From positions 1,860,001 through 1,892,000 of the forward strand of contig CP091279.1 of assembly GCA_021650915.1 (NCBI GenBank): DNA of 32,000 nt, in the 5' to 3' direction. Position 1 is the first letter of the stretch. The number at the start of each line of letters is the position of its first letter. The notes under the pieces are model-generated. The model saw nothing but the letters and a program-made list of their open reading frames with translations, did not search any database and was not told the origin of the DNA. Source of the DNA: Candidatus Brocadia sp. GTDB taxonomy: Bacteria; Planctomycetota; Brocadiia; Brocadiales; Brocadiaceae. The position numbers were made by a program, and so were the translations under genes. Positions 8,033 to 16,659 of the stretch are shown here, piece by piece.

Positions 8033-9904
8033 CTAAAAATGTTTACTCCACCACCAAGACCATACAAAAATCAGCCACAATACCCTACTATTATCAAATT
8101 TTTCAGTTAAATGTTCTTTATATATAATATCAATAGGCTTAATATTTAAACCGCCTTTATTATGAGCGGTAGTAATTATGTCCCAAAACATATCTTTATA
8201 CTCGTTTCTAAACCATTCTCCTATGGGAATGTTAAAACCTTGTTTTCGTCGAATAAGAATTTTTTTGGGCAATAAATCACTGCATACCTCTAATAAAATT
8301 GCCTTTTTTTTACCATTTCTTAGTTTGAAATTCCCTGGCATCGAATTAACTAATTCTATAATCCTAAAATCTAAAAATGGGGAGCGAACTTCTAAACTAT
8401 TTTGCATACTTGCAAAATCTATCTTGGGAAGCATGTCACCCTCGAGGAGAATCGACTGATCTGTGTGCAGGATCTTATTTAATATGTCGTCTTCTTGTAC
8501 TTCTTGAAAAAGCTTTTCAATATCCGACCTGATAATATTTGTTGACACCTGTGTGATATTATTAATAACGTCATTCAAATTGGCACCGGTACTTAAACTC
8601 ATCCATTTCAAGTGTCTAAATACCGGATTTGTCTCAATTCCTGATAAGAAGCGTTTTATCCTACGATTATACTGCGTAAACGGGTTACGATAAGATGCAG
8701 GTAGGATATTTGACAAGTTTTTCAGAAAGGGATGTGCTATTTTTACCCACCATTTCTTCATGTAATACTCGCCCAAATATTTGCTATATCCTGCAAAAAC
8801 CTCGTCAGCTCCATCGCCAGAAAGCGCAACGGTAACATATTTTTTTACTTCTTTACACATAATATACGTTGGAATATAGGCTGCGTCAGCGAAAGGCTCG
8901 TCTAGGGAATCTAAGATATTCGGCAAAAAACTTTTTACTTTCTCAGGAGTAACCATGATTTCAGTATGATCTGTTTTGAATCTCCTTGATATAAGGCGAG
9001 CATATTTTGAGTCATCATTATAATTTACAAAATCATTGTATGCGACAGTAAAGGTTTTAACACTTCTCTTAGAAAACTGACTCATAAGCCCTACTACTAT
9101 TGAAGAATCGATTCCACCACTCAAGAATGCCCCCACAGGAACATCCGATAACAAGCGAATTTTTACCGCATCTTCGAGTTCTCTTCTAAGCAATAGCTTA
9201 CCAGTTTTCCAATCTTTAATTTTTTCAACCATTTGGTTCGGCTCATACCATTTTCTTAATTCACTTTTTCCATTTTTCCATTTTAAAAAATATCCACCGG
9301 GAAGTTTACAAATATTTTTCCAAATAGTACGAGGGGCATAATTATATCCGATTGTAAAATATACACTCACACTATCAAGATCTATGGTTTGATTTGAATA
9401 TAATTTCTTAATAGCCTTAATTTCTGAAGAAAAAACAACACCTCCCTTTGTTTCTTCATAAAATAAGGGTTTCACTCCAAATCTGTCTCTTGCTAAAACT
9501 AATTCCTTTGTCTGGCAATCATACCATGCTATGGCAAACATCCCATTAAATTTATTCAAAGCCTTTTCACCCCAATGTATCAAGGCTGCCAAAACCACTT
9601 CAGTGTCTCCAGAAGATTTAAAATGAATACCCTTTTTTGATAGCTCTTCCCGTAGTTCTAAAAAATTGTATACTTCTCCATTGTAGACCAATATGTGTCC
9701 TTTGTTTTCAGATAACATCGGTTGATGAGCCATTTCTGATAAGTCTATTATCGATAAACGTGTATGCCCAAAAATAGCATCTTTATCTCTCCATATCCCA
9801 CTATCATCAGGGCCTCTGTGTCTTATTGAATCTAATGCATTTAGAATATGATTATCTTCTATACTGTTGGCTATTGAACCGACTATTCCTAATATCCCGC
9901 ACAT
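8033..9904 (-). CDS. Asparagine synthase (glutamine-hydrolysing) family amidotransferase, EPS-locus type
   Basis: 623 aa. 'MCGILGIVG' is the N-terminal Cys nucleophile of class II GATase. 'VPVGAFLSGGIDSS' is the PP-loop SGGxDS motif. Confidence 0.9.
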   Translation of the reverse strand: MCGILGIVGSIANSIEDNHILNALDSIRHRGPDDSGIWRDKDAIFGHTRLSIIDLSEMAHQPMLSENKGHILVYNGEVYNFLELREELSKKGIHFKSSGDTEVVLAALIHWGEKALNKFNGMFAIAWYDCQTKELVLARDRFGVKPLFYEETKGGVVFSSEIKAIKKLYSNQTIDLDSVSVYFTIGYNYAPRTIWKNICKLPGGYFLKWKNGKSELRKWYEPNQMVEKIKDWKTGKLLLRRELEDAVKIRLLSDVPVGAFLSGGIDSSIVVGLMSQFSKRSVKTFTVAYNDFVNYNDDSKYARLISRRFKTDHTEIMVTPEKVKSFLPNILDSLDEPFADAAYIPTYIMCKEVKKYVTVALSGDGADEVFAGYSKYLGEYYMKKWWVKIAHPFLKNLSNILPASYRNPFTQYNRRIKRFLSGIETNPVFRHLKWMSLSTGANLNDVINNITQVSTNIIRSDIEKLFQEVQEDDILNKILHTDQSILLEGDMLPKIDFASMQNSLEVRSPFLDFRIIELVNSMPGNFKLRNGKKKAILLEVCSDLLPKKILIRRKQGFNIPIGEWFRNEYKDMFWDIITTAHNKGGLNIKPIDIIYKEHLTEKFDNSRVLWLIFVWSWWWSKHF

Positions 9905-9934
9905 AACAAAATTAATACACTTTCTTTTAAATGG

Positions 9935-10072
9935 TTATTTAGTTAACAATGAAAATATGACATTAGGAGAAGTAACATAATCAGTAACCAGCCTGTCGAA
10001 TAGTTGGTTTTCAGACCATCGGCGGTTAAATCGATAACAAAACTCATCGAGATTGGCTTGTAAACGCTTTTT
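9935..10072 (-). pseudogene. C-terminal scar (45 codons plus stop) of an IS1595-family transposase
   Basis: My minus-strand translation: 'KKRLQANLDEFCYRFNRRWSENQLFDRLVTDYVTSPNVIFSLLTK*'. 'LDEFxxRFNRR' is the conserved C-terminal motif of IS1595/ISXO2-like transposases. No upstream part is present. Confidence 0.6.
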
Positions 10073-10074
10073 AT

Positions 10075-10902
10075 CTAGTTAACCCTTCTCCATCCAGTCA
10101 ATGGACGCCCAAGCAGCTTTTCTACGTAAGCTATGTCTGGCTCAAATTCTTCAATCAAATTCCTTCTTATGTCAGGCTCTAATTTTGGGAGAACTCCCGA
10201 GGTGCTTGTATAGATTCGCTTCAAGCCGAGATTTTTAAAAAAATTAACGGGACTGTGTAGACGTCTGCCCCGCAGAAAATTTGCCATACTATTGCAAAAC
10301 CGAGACAATGATGGGAATACTGTATACGAAGCAATATTTACATGTTCCTCTGCCAAAACCGGCAAGGGTACATCATCAATTCCAATAAAATTGTATACCT
10401 GTTTCAATACTTGCCCGGGAAAAGCTGCAATATCGTCTTGCAAAATAATAAGAACATGTTCTTTCCCAAATATCTCCAACCATCTGCCCAAGTGCATGCG
10501 ATAGCGGCTGGATTCGATAATCCTTGGCATATGCATAATGGCTTCATGAAACTCACATCTTAATTCACCGTATAATTTATAATGTAAATATAAAGAAAAG
10601 CTGCGAGATGCTGGATCTCGAAGAGTAATAATGATGCGGCAGTTTTGATTATGTCGATAAAGCCTTGCTGCTGCTTCTGGTACATCAAAATAAGTAGGAC
10701 CTATCTCAGCGCAAAATTGACTATTCATACAATATCGAAAGTGTGTCCAATACCACGACCAACCTTTATCGAATCGTTCGTCAAAGAAAAAAGTTTCTTT
10801 TGTACCTTGTGGAAAGCAGAGTTGTGGATGTTCTCGCAAGCACCTATCAAGCCACGTTGTGCCTGTTTTTTGTGGCCCCACACCGACAACTTTTAGTTGC
10901 AT
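10075..10902 (-). CDS. Sulfotransferase (PAPS-dependent, Sulfotransfer_1-like)
   Basis: The track ORF runs to 11034, but its first 44 codons lie in a palindromic repeat. The likely start is ATG 10902 ('MQLKVVGVGPQKTGTTWL'). 5'-PSB loop 'PQKTGTT'; 3'-PB motif 'ITLRDPASRSFS'. Confidence 0.8.
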   Translation of the reverse strand: MQLKVVGVGPQKTGTTWLDRCLREHPQLCFPQGTKETFFFDERFDKGWSWYWTHFRYCMNSQFCAEIGPTYFDVPEAAARLYRHNQNCRIIITLRDPASRSFSLYLHYKLYGELRCEFHEAIMHMPRIIESSRYRMHLGRWLEIFGKEHVLIILQDDIAAFPGQVLKQVYNFIGIDDVPLPVLAEEHVNIASYTVFPSLSRFCNSMANFLRGRRLHSPVNFFKNLGLKRIYTSTSGVLPKLEPDIRRNLIEEFEPDIAYVEKLLGRPLTGWRRVN

Positions 10903-10921
10903 AAAAACATCCTCATTATTT

Positions 10922-11074
10922 TGTAACACTTTAGTTTTTTGAAAAATTACCATAATAACGATGTTGCCGCACGGTGTAGGGGCGAAGCATTTGCCATAAA
11001 TTGGCATACATGGATTCACACCCCAAGCAGGCAAATGCTTCGCCCCTACCTTTTCAAAAAACTAAAGTGTTACA
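10922..11074. repeat. 153-bp nested palindromic (MITE/REP-like) element in the GT2-sulfotransferase spacer
   Basis: Outer arms 10922-10945 (tgtaacactttagttttttgaaaa) and 11051-11074 are a perfect 24-bp inverted repeat. Inner arms 10976-10995 (gtaggggcgaagcatttgcc) and 11030-11049 are a perfect 20-bp inverted repeat with a 34-nt loop. Confidence 0.85.
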
Positions 11075-11084
11075 TTATTTTTAA

Positions 11085-11945
11085 CTAAACAACCTTATAA
11101 GCGTTGCGTTTACACTTCCTTCTATACACCACAATTACGCGACGAAGATATTTCAACAAAGAAAACGCGCATAAGACTATCGTTAGAACCCAACTTATGC
11201 GTCTTTCAGCCTGTAACCGCCAATAGGTATCCAAATTTCCCTTTTCCATCTTCCACAAATCAGCAGTTTGCCCCCTTTCACCATATCGAGCCTTGTAAAG
11301 AAATACAAGGGGAAGTTCCAAACGCCAGGTTTCATTTCCATCCAATACAATTTGGAGTTTAAAGAGATAGTCCTCTGAATGTCGCTTCATTGGTTCGAAA
11401 CGGTAAGGCAAATTACGTCGCATTATAATGGAAGGTGTCGAAAAACCATCGCGACCGCTAAATAGCAAAAAACGATAAGGGATTACCGGTGTTGCACGCC
11501 AAGTGTCTGGCAATGTAAGATCAGGCATCCCGGAGAGCACCACAGTACAATTGTGTACCGTCATGGCCACATGAGGGTGTGCCAGCATCCAGCCAAACTG
11601 AATTTCTAATTTGCGTGGGTGCCAGGCATCATCTGCATCCAAAAAGGCAATAAAAGGTTGAGTGGCAACCTCCCAACCTGTATTACGGGCCACCGATGGC
11701 CCACCGTTATGTTCTAACTTAACCACACGAATCCAATTTTTATCATAACGATTCTGTAATTTCATTATAACATTCAGCGTGTCATCGTCACTCGCATCAT
11801 CTACAAGCATAACTTCTTTGGGCAGATGTGTCTGTGCTGCGACCGAATCCACTGATCTCTGAATGGTTTGGGCACAGCGAAAGCAAGGGATCACAACACT
11901 GATCGGTGCGGTGGGCTTATTCATACTAAGACTATTAGGATTCAT
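11085..11945 (-). CDS. GT2-family glycosyltransferase
   Basis: 286 aa. 'ISVVIPCFRCAQTIQRSVDSVAAQT', 'VMLVDDASDDDT' and 'FLDADDAWHPRKLE' (DxD) give the classic GT-A/GT2 N-terminal layout. Confidence 0.85.
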   Translation of the reverse strand: MNPNSLSMNKPTAPISVVIPCFRCAQTIQRSVDSVAAQTHLPKEVMLVDDASDDDTLNVIMKLQNRYDKNWIRVVKLEHNGGPSVARNTGWEVATQPFIAFLDADDAWHPRKLEIQFGWMLAHPHVAMTVHNCTVVLSGMPDLTLPDTWRATPVIPYRFLLFSGRDGFSTPSIIMRRNLPYRFEPMKRHSEDYLFKLQIVLDGNETWRLELPLVFLYKARYGERGQTADLWKMEKGNLDTYWRLQAERRISWVLTIVLCAFSLLKYLRRVIVVYRRKCKRNAYKVV

Positions 11946-12034
11946 AGTTCAACCGAAATTCTATGTTCAACCCAAAACCCAAGATAGGGTTTTAAAACGA
12001 GAGGTTAGCAAGTAATTAGTAACGTTGTCAAGTG

Positions 12035-13385
12035 GAGACCTGAGAAAAGTCCTCCAATGTATAGTTGTCACGCATCAAAGCCGTTGTAGTAATAGGCAAG
12101 CCGAATTTTGGTAACGTTCAGCGCCCCGGCAACACTCCATTTGCTCACATTCACCCGCAGGTTAACCGTACGCATGACGCGCTCTACTTTACTTGTCGTT
12201 CTGCCATTGAGCCTCTTTTCTATCGCCGTAAACATATCAGGCCTGGCATTCTCAAGATAGGATGCGGTATGAGTATATCCCTTCGACAAACAATGCTGAA
12301 TCACCGCATCCAATCGTTTCCTCTTGGACTCTATCATTTTCTCGATGGTCTTCTGACAATCAACCAATGGCCGTATCGCACAGACCTCCATAAGCTCCGA
12401 CATCACCTCCAGCCATTCTTTCCCCTTGCTCTTGACCCCATCTTGCCACAATACATACTTTGCCTGATACGGAATATGCCACAAACATCTCTGTACAAGC
12501 ACCTTGATCTTACCTTTCAAACTATCCAAAATAGAGGTGTCTCCATCGGTTATCAAAAGAAACTGGGAAAACTTCCTGAACACCTTAACACTCTTACCAA
12601 ACAGCGTATCCCAACTACCGTTGTAATCCCCTATGTCAAGCCCTGCCACTCTCACCCCTCCACCTCTTATATTGCACAAAGACCTTGAGCTCCTTGCCTC
12701 GTTTTGCTATCCCCTTAATCCCTACCCCTGTCCCGTCTGCTTCTCCCAGGGGAAGTCCCTTCTCGTCGAGTTGAAAATCTATCTCTGCTGCCGTCTTTTG
12801 TACCGATTTCCATATCGTCATCTTGTCTACTGTCCAGCCAAACATCGACACGATCTTCTTCGCTACCCGGTAGGTCGTTAACGATCCTACCAGCCCAAGC
12901 TTCCGATACGTCTCCGGTGGTATTCGCTTCATCCGCTCCATCCCCAGAAGCTTTCGCGTTATATACATCTTATGACCGCACCTCTTGCACTGCACCTGCA
13001 ACTGCTCTAATCTCAACCACTGAAAGACCGTCAGTATCTTCGTCTCTTTTCCATGCCTCGTCTTCCAGATAAACTCCTTGTCATTCCCACATTCGTCGCA
13101 GCAAAATGGCTTCCGTGATTGCGCCATCGCACTCTCACCAAAACCAACCACGATCTTCTGAATAAAATCCCTTAATATCTCCGGCAGTATCTTGCAAAAT
13201 GCCTTGAGAATCGACTCCAGGCTGCCGTCCTTTAATTCAACCCGAATTTGACAACCAAATTCTATTGTGATACCATCTGTGCATGGGGTTGCTCCCATAT
13301 AGCCCTCCTTTTCTTTATGGTTTAGTTTCTTGTATCAAAACTATTTTTTACCATATTTGGAGGGCTTTTTCTTTAACCAAGTCTC
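12035..13385 (-). mobile_element. IS element with imperfect ~30-bp terminal IRs; zinc-finger plus DDE transposase of ISLre2/ISKra4/UPF0236-like architecture (family tentative)
   Basis: The left end 12035- (gagacctgagaaaagtcctccaatgtat) aligns with the reverse complement of the right end 13385- (gagacttggttaaagaaaaagccctccaaatat), with one 4-5 nt indel. The transposase has an AGGAGGG RBS at about 13303-13310. Confidence 0.6.
12068..13298 (-). pseudogene. Transposase split into two overlapping ORFs (12636-13298 and 12068-12679) by a +1 frame change with no slippery run
   Basis: ORF1 contains 'CDECGNDKEF..CKRCGH' (CxxC..CxxC) and 'GEADGTGVGIKG'. ORF2 contains 'LLITDGDTSILD' and 'VQRCLWHIPYQAKY'. 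The join reads ..KVFVQY / NIRGGGVRVAGLDIGDY.. . Confidence 0.65.
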
Positions 13386-13699
13386 TCTTTTTCTACTCTA
13401 CCAAGTAATTTGTACCGAATTTCAGCAATATGCAGGATAAAAAATAACCGTTACATGAATTTCTCCGTGATTTTCGCTATTTTCACAAATTACGGACGCA
13501 GTATCTCCGTAATGAGTAGTTTTTCTTTCATACTATGGAGCAGGTATCGATTATAAGAATCCCCGAACAAACCGAAATAATCTGTCTTCAGACTGCTGAA
13601 ATACTTCTATAAACCGGTGCAACGAAGGGAGACTCACCCGGAAACCTCTGCCGTATCTGAAGACCTTACAGGGAATCTTAATCAGGAATTTTTGATGGT

Positions 13700-14553
13700 C
13701 TTCAAGCTCCTTGTTTTCCACACATCTTCCAGAATCTGCAGATGAAACACTGAACGATGTTGTAGGTAATGCATTTCATGATCATAAATGCGTTGTTTGC
13801 AGACTCCCGTGAGTGCGCTTTGTCAATATAGAACTCATAGCTTCGCTCTTTGATAAAATTCTCTACCTGACAGCCTGAATTGTAGGCACGAAAGATTTCC
13901 TCTTTGGTCTCATTGTCATCGGCATGGGTAACAATCGACTCGTACTCATACGAAGGCGGTAGCTCAAAGAGTGATTTCTAGTGTTTGCCTTTGTTCTGAC
14001 AGGGACGAGTTTCCTTATGACGACAAATCTCCGTTCCTTACCCCCGGCATCAGGGCGATAGTACGCCACGGCCAGATCAAAGGGTGTACCCTCAATATGG
14101 GTAAACGGTTCTTCTGGAATACGAGCAAAGCAACTTTGCATCTTTGGATTTACCATGACCTTGAGGTAATACGCAATAGTCTGCTGTTGCCTCAAGGAAT
14201 AACCAAGGGTCTTCAGAGAAGAACCCCGTACCCGGCTGAGCCAGCAGTCTTTGGGAAGCAGGGCTATGGTTTTCCCGATGAAGGTGCGAAGTCTGTCTTT
14301 GTGATGACTCTCCCGTCGTAGAGCTGGAAATTGATTAACCAGCCCGTATTGTACAGGAATGCCACTTTGGGCTGAAAACTCGGGATGTCATGTTTTTGGG
14401 ATTATATCCAACCTCTGTGTTCTCCTGATGCCCATAAACGGTGTTATACTCTAAGGGTTCATAAACAATGATTTCTGGCGTTTTACATAACTTTTGTTCA
14501 CATGAATGGTTAAAGTGTTTCAAAAATCACATTTTGTGAACTCTCCGAGTATA
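13700..14553 (-). mobile_element. Degenerate IS1380-like (DDE_Tnp_1_6-type) element; outer end at 14553, inner/left boundary uncertain
   Basis: The transposase is broken over three frames. One frame reads 'GKTIALLPKDCWLSRVRGSSLKTLGYSLRQQQTIAYYLKV'. ORF 13863-14195 reads 'FARIPEEPFTHIEGTPFDLAVAYYRPDAGGKERRFVVIRK'. About 13745-13975 reads 'YEYESIVTHADDNETKEEIFRAYNSGCQVENFIKERSYEFYIDKAHSRESANNAFMIMKCITYNIV', the C-terminal E/K signature region. The terminal 109 bp recur at 2211-2319. Confidence 0.6.
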
Positions 14554-14770
14554 TGTTGACCTCGAGTCGTTGAGTAATCAAAGGCTCTATAAGGCAAGGA
14601 TGGCACATTACAATTCCCATCTTTCTTTGAATACCAGACTTGTTTAAAGGCAGATGGAGGATTCCGAAAAGTTTCTTTCCTTCATGGTGGAAGAAAAAGG
14701 CCTTTTCATGTAAATTATCTTCTTGATCAACCCGATTTGAAAACTGGTCTAGTTTTAATAATTTGTTCAT
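14554..14770 (-). pseudogene. Truncated third alpha/beta-hydrolase copy (paralogue of 15704-16642) cut by the IS1380-like end
   Basis: 'FSNRVDQEDNLHEKAFFFHHEGKKLFGILHLPLNKSGIQRKMGIVMCHPCLIEPLITQRLEVNI' parallels residues ~16-79 of the 312-aa protein. Similarity stops exactly where the IS terminus (tatactcggagag..) begins at 14553. Confidence 0.8.
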
Positions 14771-14784
14771 CCCATAATTTCAAA

Positions 14785-15684
14785 TTAATTCATTATCAAA
14801 TATCTTGAAACAATCCATTTTAAAATTTTTGCAATAACGGTTTCCTGTACCAGGACATCTACAACAAGACCATGCGCCTTTTCCCCTTGTATCTCATAAA
14901 ATTCAACATTCTTGCGTTTCTCAGGGTCTATTTTTTGCAGAAATAACTTCATATTTTCATAGAATTCGTCCCTGGTGCCATAAATCATTAAAGACGGTAT
15001 CCCTTTTTTCACAAGGGTGGAAAGTTGATTTGAAAAGCTTTCACTGATAAGTAAATTGGTGTTAATCCCCGCCCATTTATTATGAATCCTCTTGATGAAA
15101 AAAATAAAATTCCTTTTTATTCTTTCGGTATTCAAAAAAGTTCCCCACCTTTGCCATTTCAGTTTATTAATGTAATGTGTAATATCCTTTCTGCCCGCTT
15201 GATGAGTTACCCTTTCAGCATTATTTATCGTTGGAGCAGCAAGAAAGACTAAGCCATGAAATTTTATTAAATTTACCATACTTAAAGCCGTTCGTGCGCC
15301 AAAACATTCGCCTACGAGTATAATCTTGCCTGGGTTAATAAGATTCGTCAAGAAATTTATAATGTGCAGTAAATCTTGACTGAGCACCTTGTCAATACTT
15401 ACATCTTCAAAAAGCCCTGTGCTTTCACCGAGTCCCCTATAGTCAAAGCGAAAAGAAAAGAATCCTGATTCGGCTAATTGGCGCGCCAATATTACCCACA
15501 TTCGGTTTCGATGGGTTCTCGGTATTGACGCCCCGGTTAATAAAATAACAACTACTTTGTCACGTGATGAAGATGTATCAGGTATATGTAAAATACCAAA
15601 TATATCATAATTCCTGGTTTGAATAAAAACTGGCTTTTCCGTACATTGAGATCCAGGATTTTTTGTTGAATAAATATGAGACAC
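14785..15684 (-). CDS. Alpha/beta-fold hydrolase with Cys at the nucleophile elbow (GECFG)
   Basis: 299 aa. GTG start at 15684 with AGGAGG at 15694-15699. The fold signature is 'VVVILLTGASIPRTHRNRMW..FRFDYRGLGESTG..KIILVGECFGARTAL'. The elbow Cys127 codon is at 15304-15306. Confidence 0.7.
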   Translation of the reverse strand: MSHIYSTKNPGSQCTEKPVFIQTRNYDIFGILHIPDTSSSRDKVVVILLTGASIPRTHRNRMWVILARQLAESGFFSFRFDYRGLGESTGLFEDVSIDKVLSQDLLHIINFLTNLINPGKIILVGECFGARTALSMVNLIKFHGLVFLAAPTINNAERVTHQAGRKDITHYINKLKWQRWGTFLNTERIKRNFIFFIKRIHNKWAGINTNLLISESFSNQLSTLVKKGIPSLMIYGTRDEFYENMKLFLQKIDPEKRKNVEFYEIQGEKAHGLVVDVLVQETVIAKILKWIVSRYLIMN

Positions 15685-15703
15685 TTTATTATGCCTCCTA
15701 AGA

Positions 15704-16642
15704 TTATATTATGACCTTATTTGCAGGACAAACAATAAGTTTTTTACACCATTGTAAAATAGTTTGTACAATCTTTTCTGAACGGAAAGGAGGATGCAAT
15801 ATGAAATTCCAGGCAAGTCTTCGTTCATGTATTAGTGTAATGTCACAACTTCCGCCGTTTTTTTGAATCTGGTTACCAAGATCTCGAAATGCCTTTGTAA
15901 CTTTTATGGAAAGCCCTGATACTTGAATCAAAAGGGTTTTCCCTGAAAAATATTTTGCACTCTGCATCAAATTAAAAGATGCCGTTTCAACAAATATTTC
16001 TTTGTAAAGAGGATAACCAAGAACAGTTACCATTCCGTGAGTCATTAAATGTTGAATCATTTGCTCCGTAGAAATTATTTTTTCTTGTCTTACTACAGCA
16101 GAAAACTTGGCCGTACGGAAAAGATCGAGAAAACAACTTTTGGGTTCTATTATCGGTTCACAAAGCACCACAAACTCGATTCGCTTTTCAACCTCGGCCG
16201 CCATAAGGGCCACCGTACCCCCAAGTCTTATTCCCAAAAGACCTATCGAATCTAAATCTTCCTGTTCTGTAAAGACCTTTATGGCCATTGCGGTATCTGA
16301 AATCTGAGAGGAAAGCGTTGTGTCTTTAAAATCTCCTTCACTATCACCACATCCCCGGTAATGAAAACGAAACACCGAAAAACCATTTTGGGCCAGACTC
16401 CTGGCTATATCGATTTCCAGTCTCTGAGTAATCAAAGGTTCTACCAGATAGGGCTGGCACATTACAATTCCAATCTTTCTTTGACCATCAGATATATTTA
16501 AAGGTCGATGAAGAATTCCAAAAAGTCTCTTTCCTTCATGCTGGAAGAAAAAGGCCTTTTCATGTAGATTGTGCTCTTGATCAATCCGGCTTGCAAAACG
16601 GTCTATTTTTGACCAATCATTTTCTGATAATGTATTCAACAT
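15704..16642 (-). CDS. Alpha/beta-fold hydrolase-like protein with Arg in place of the nucleophile (GIRLGG)
   Basis: 312 aa. 'IGIVMCQPYLVEPLITQRL..FRFHYRGCGDSEGDF..IGLLGIRLGGTVALMAA'. The Arg139 codon (aga) is at 16226-16228. Confidence 0.7.
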   Translation of the reverse strand: MLNTLSENDWSKIDRFASRIDQEHNLHEKAFFFQHEGKRLFGILHRPLNISDGQRKIGIVMCQPYLVEPLITQRLEIDIARSLAQNGFSVFRFHYRGCGDSEGDFKDTTLSSQISDTAMAIKVFTEQEDLDSIGLLGIRLGGTVALMAAEVEKRIEFVVLCEPIIEPKSCFLDLFRTAKFSAVVRQEKIISTEQMIQHLMTHGMVTVLGYPLYKEIFVETASFNLMQSAKYFSGKTLLIQVSGLSIKVTKAFRDLGNQIQKNGGSCDITLIHERRLAWNFILHPPFRSEKIVQTILQWCKKLIVCPANKVII

Positions 16643-16659
16643 CTTATTCTCAAGTCAGT

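Noticed and set aside
12065-12688. 207-aa plus-strand ORF, and 12633-12881 on the plus strand
   Set aside because: They lie exactly antisense to the zinc-finger/DDE transposase. The minus-strand reading has clear transposase motifs and the plus-strand reading has none.
12008-13417. Direct repeat caagtaatt(a/t)gta(a/c)cg at 12008-12024 and 13401-13417, considered as a target-site duplication of the IS at 12035-13385
   Set aside because: The repeats are not adjacent to the inverted-repeat termini; they lie 10 and 15 bp away. At 17 bp they are also too long for a typical duplication. Their origin is unclear.
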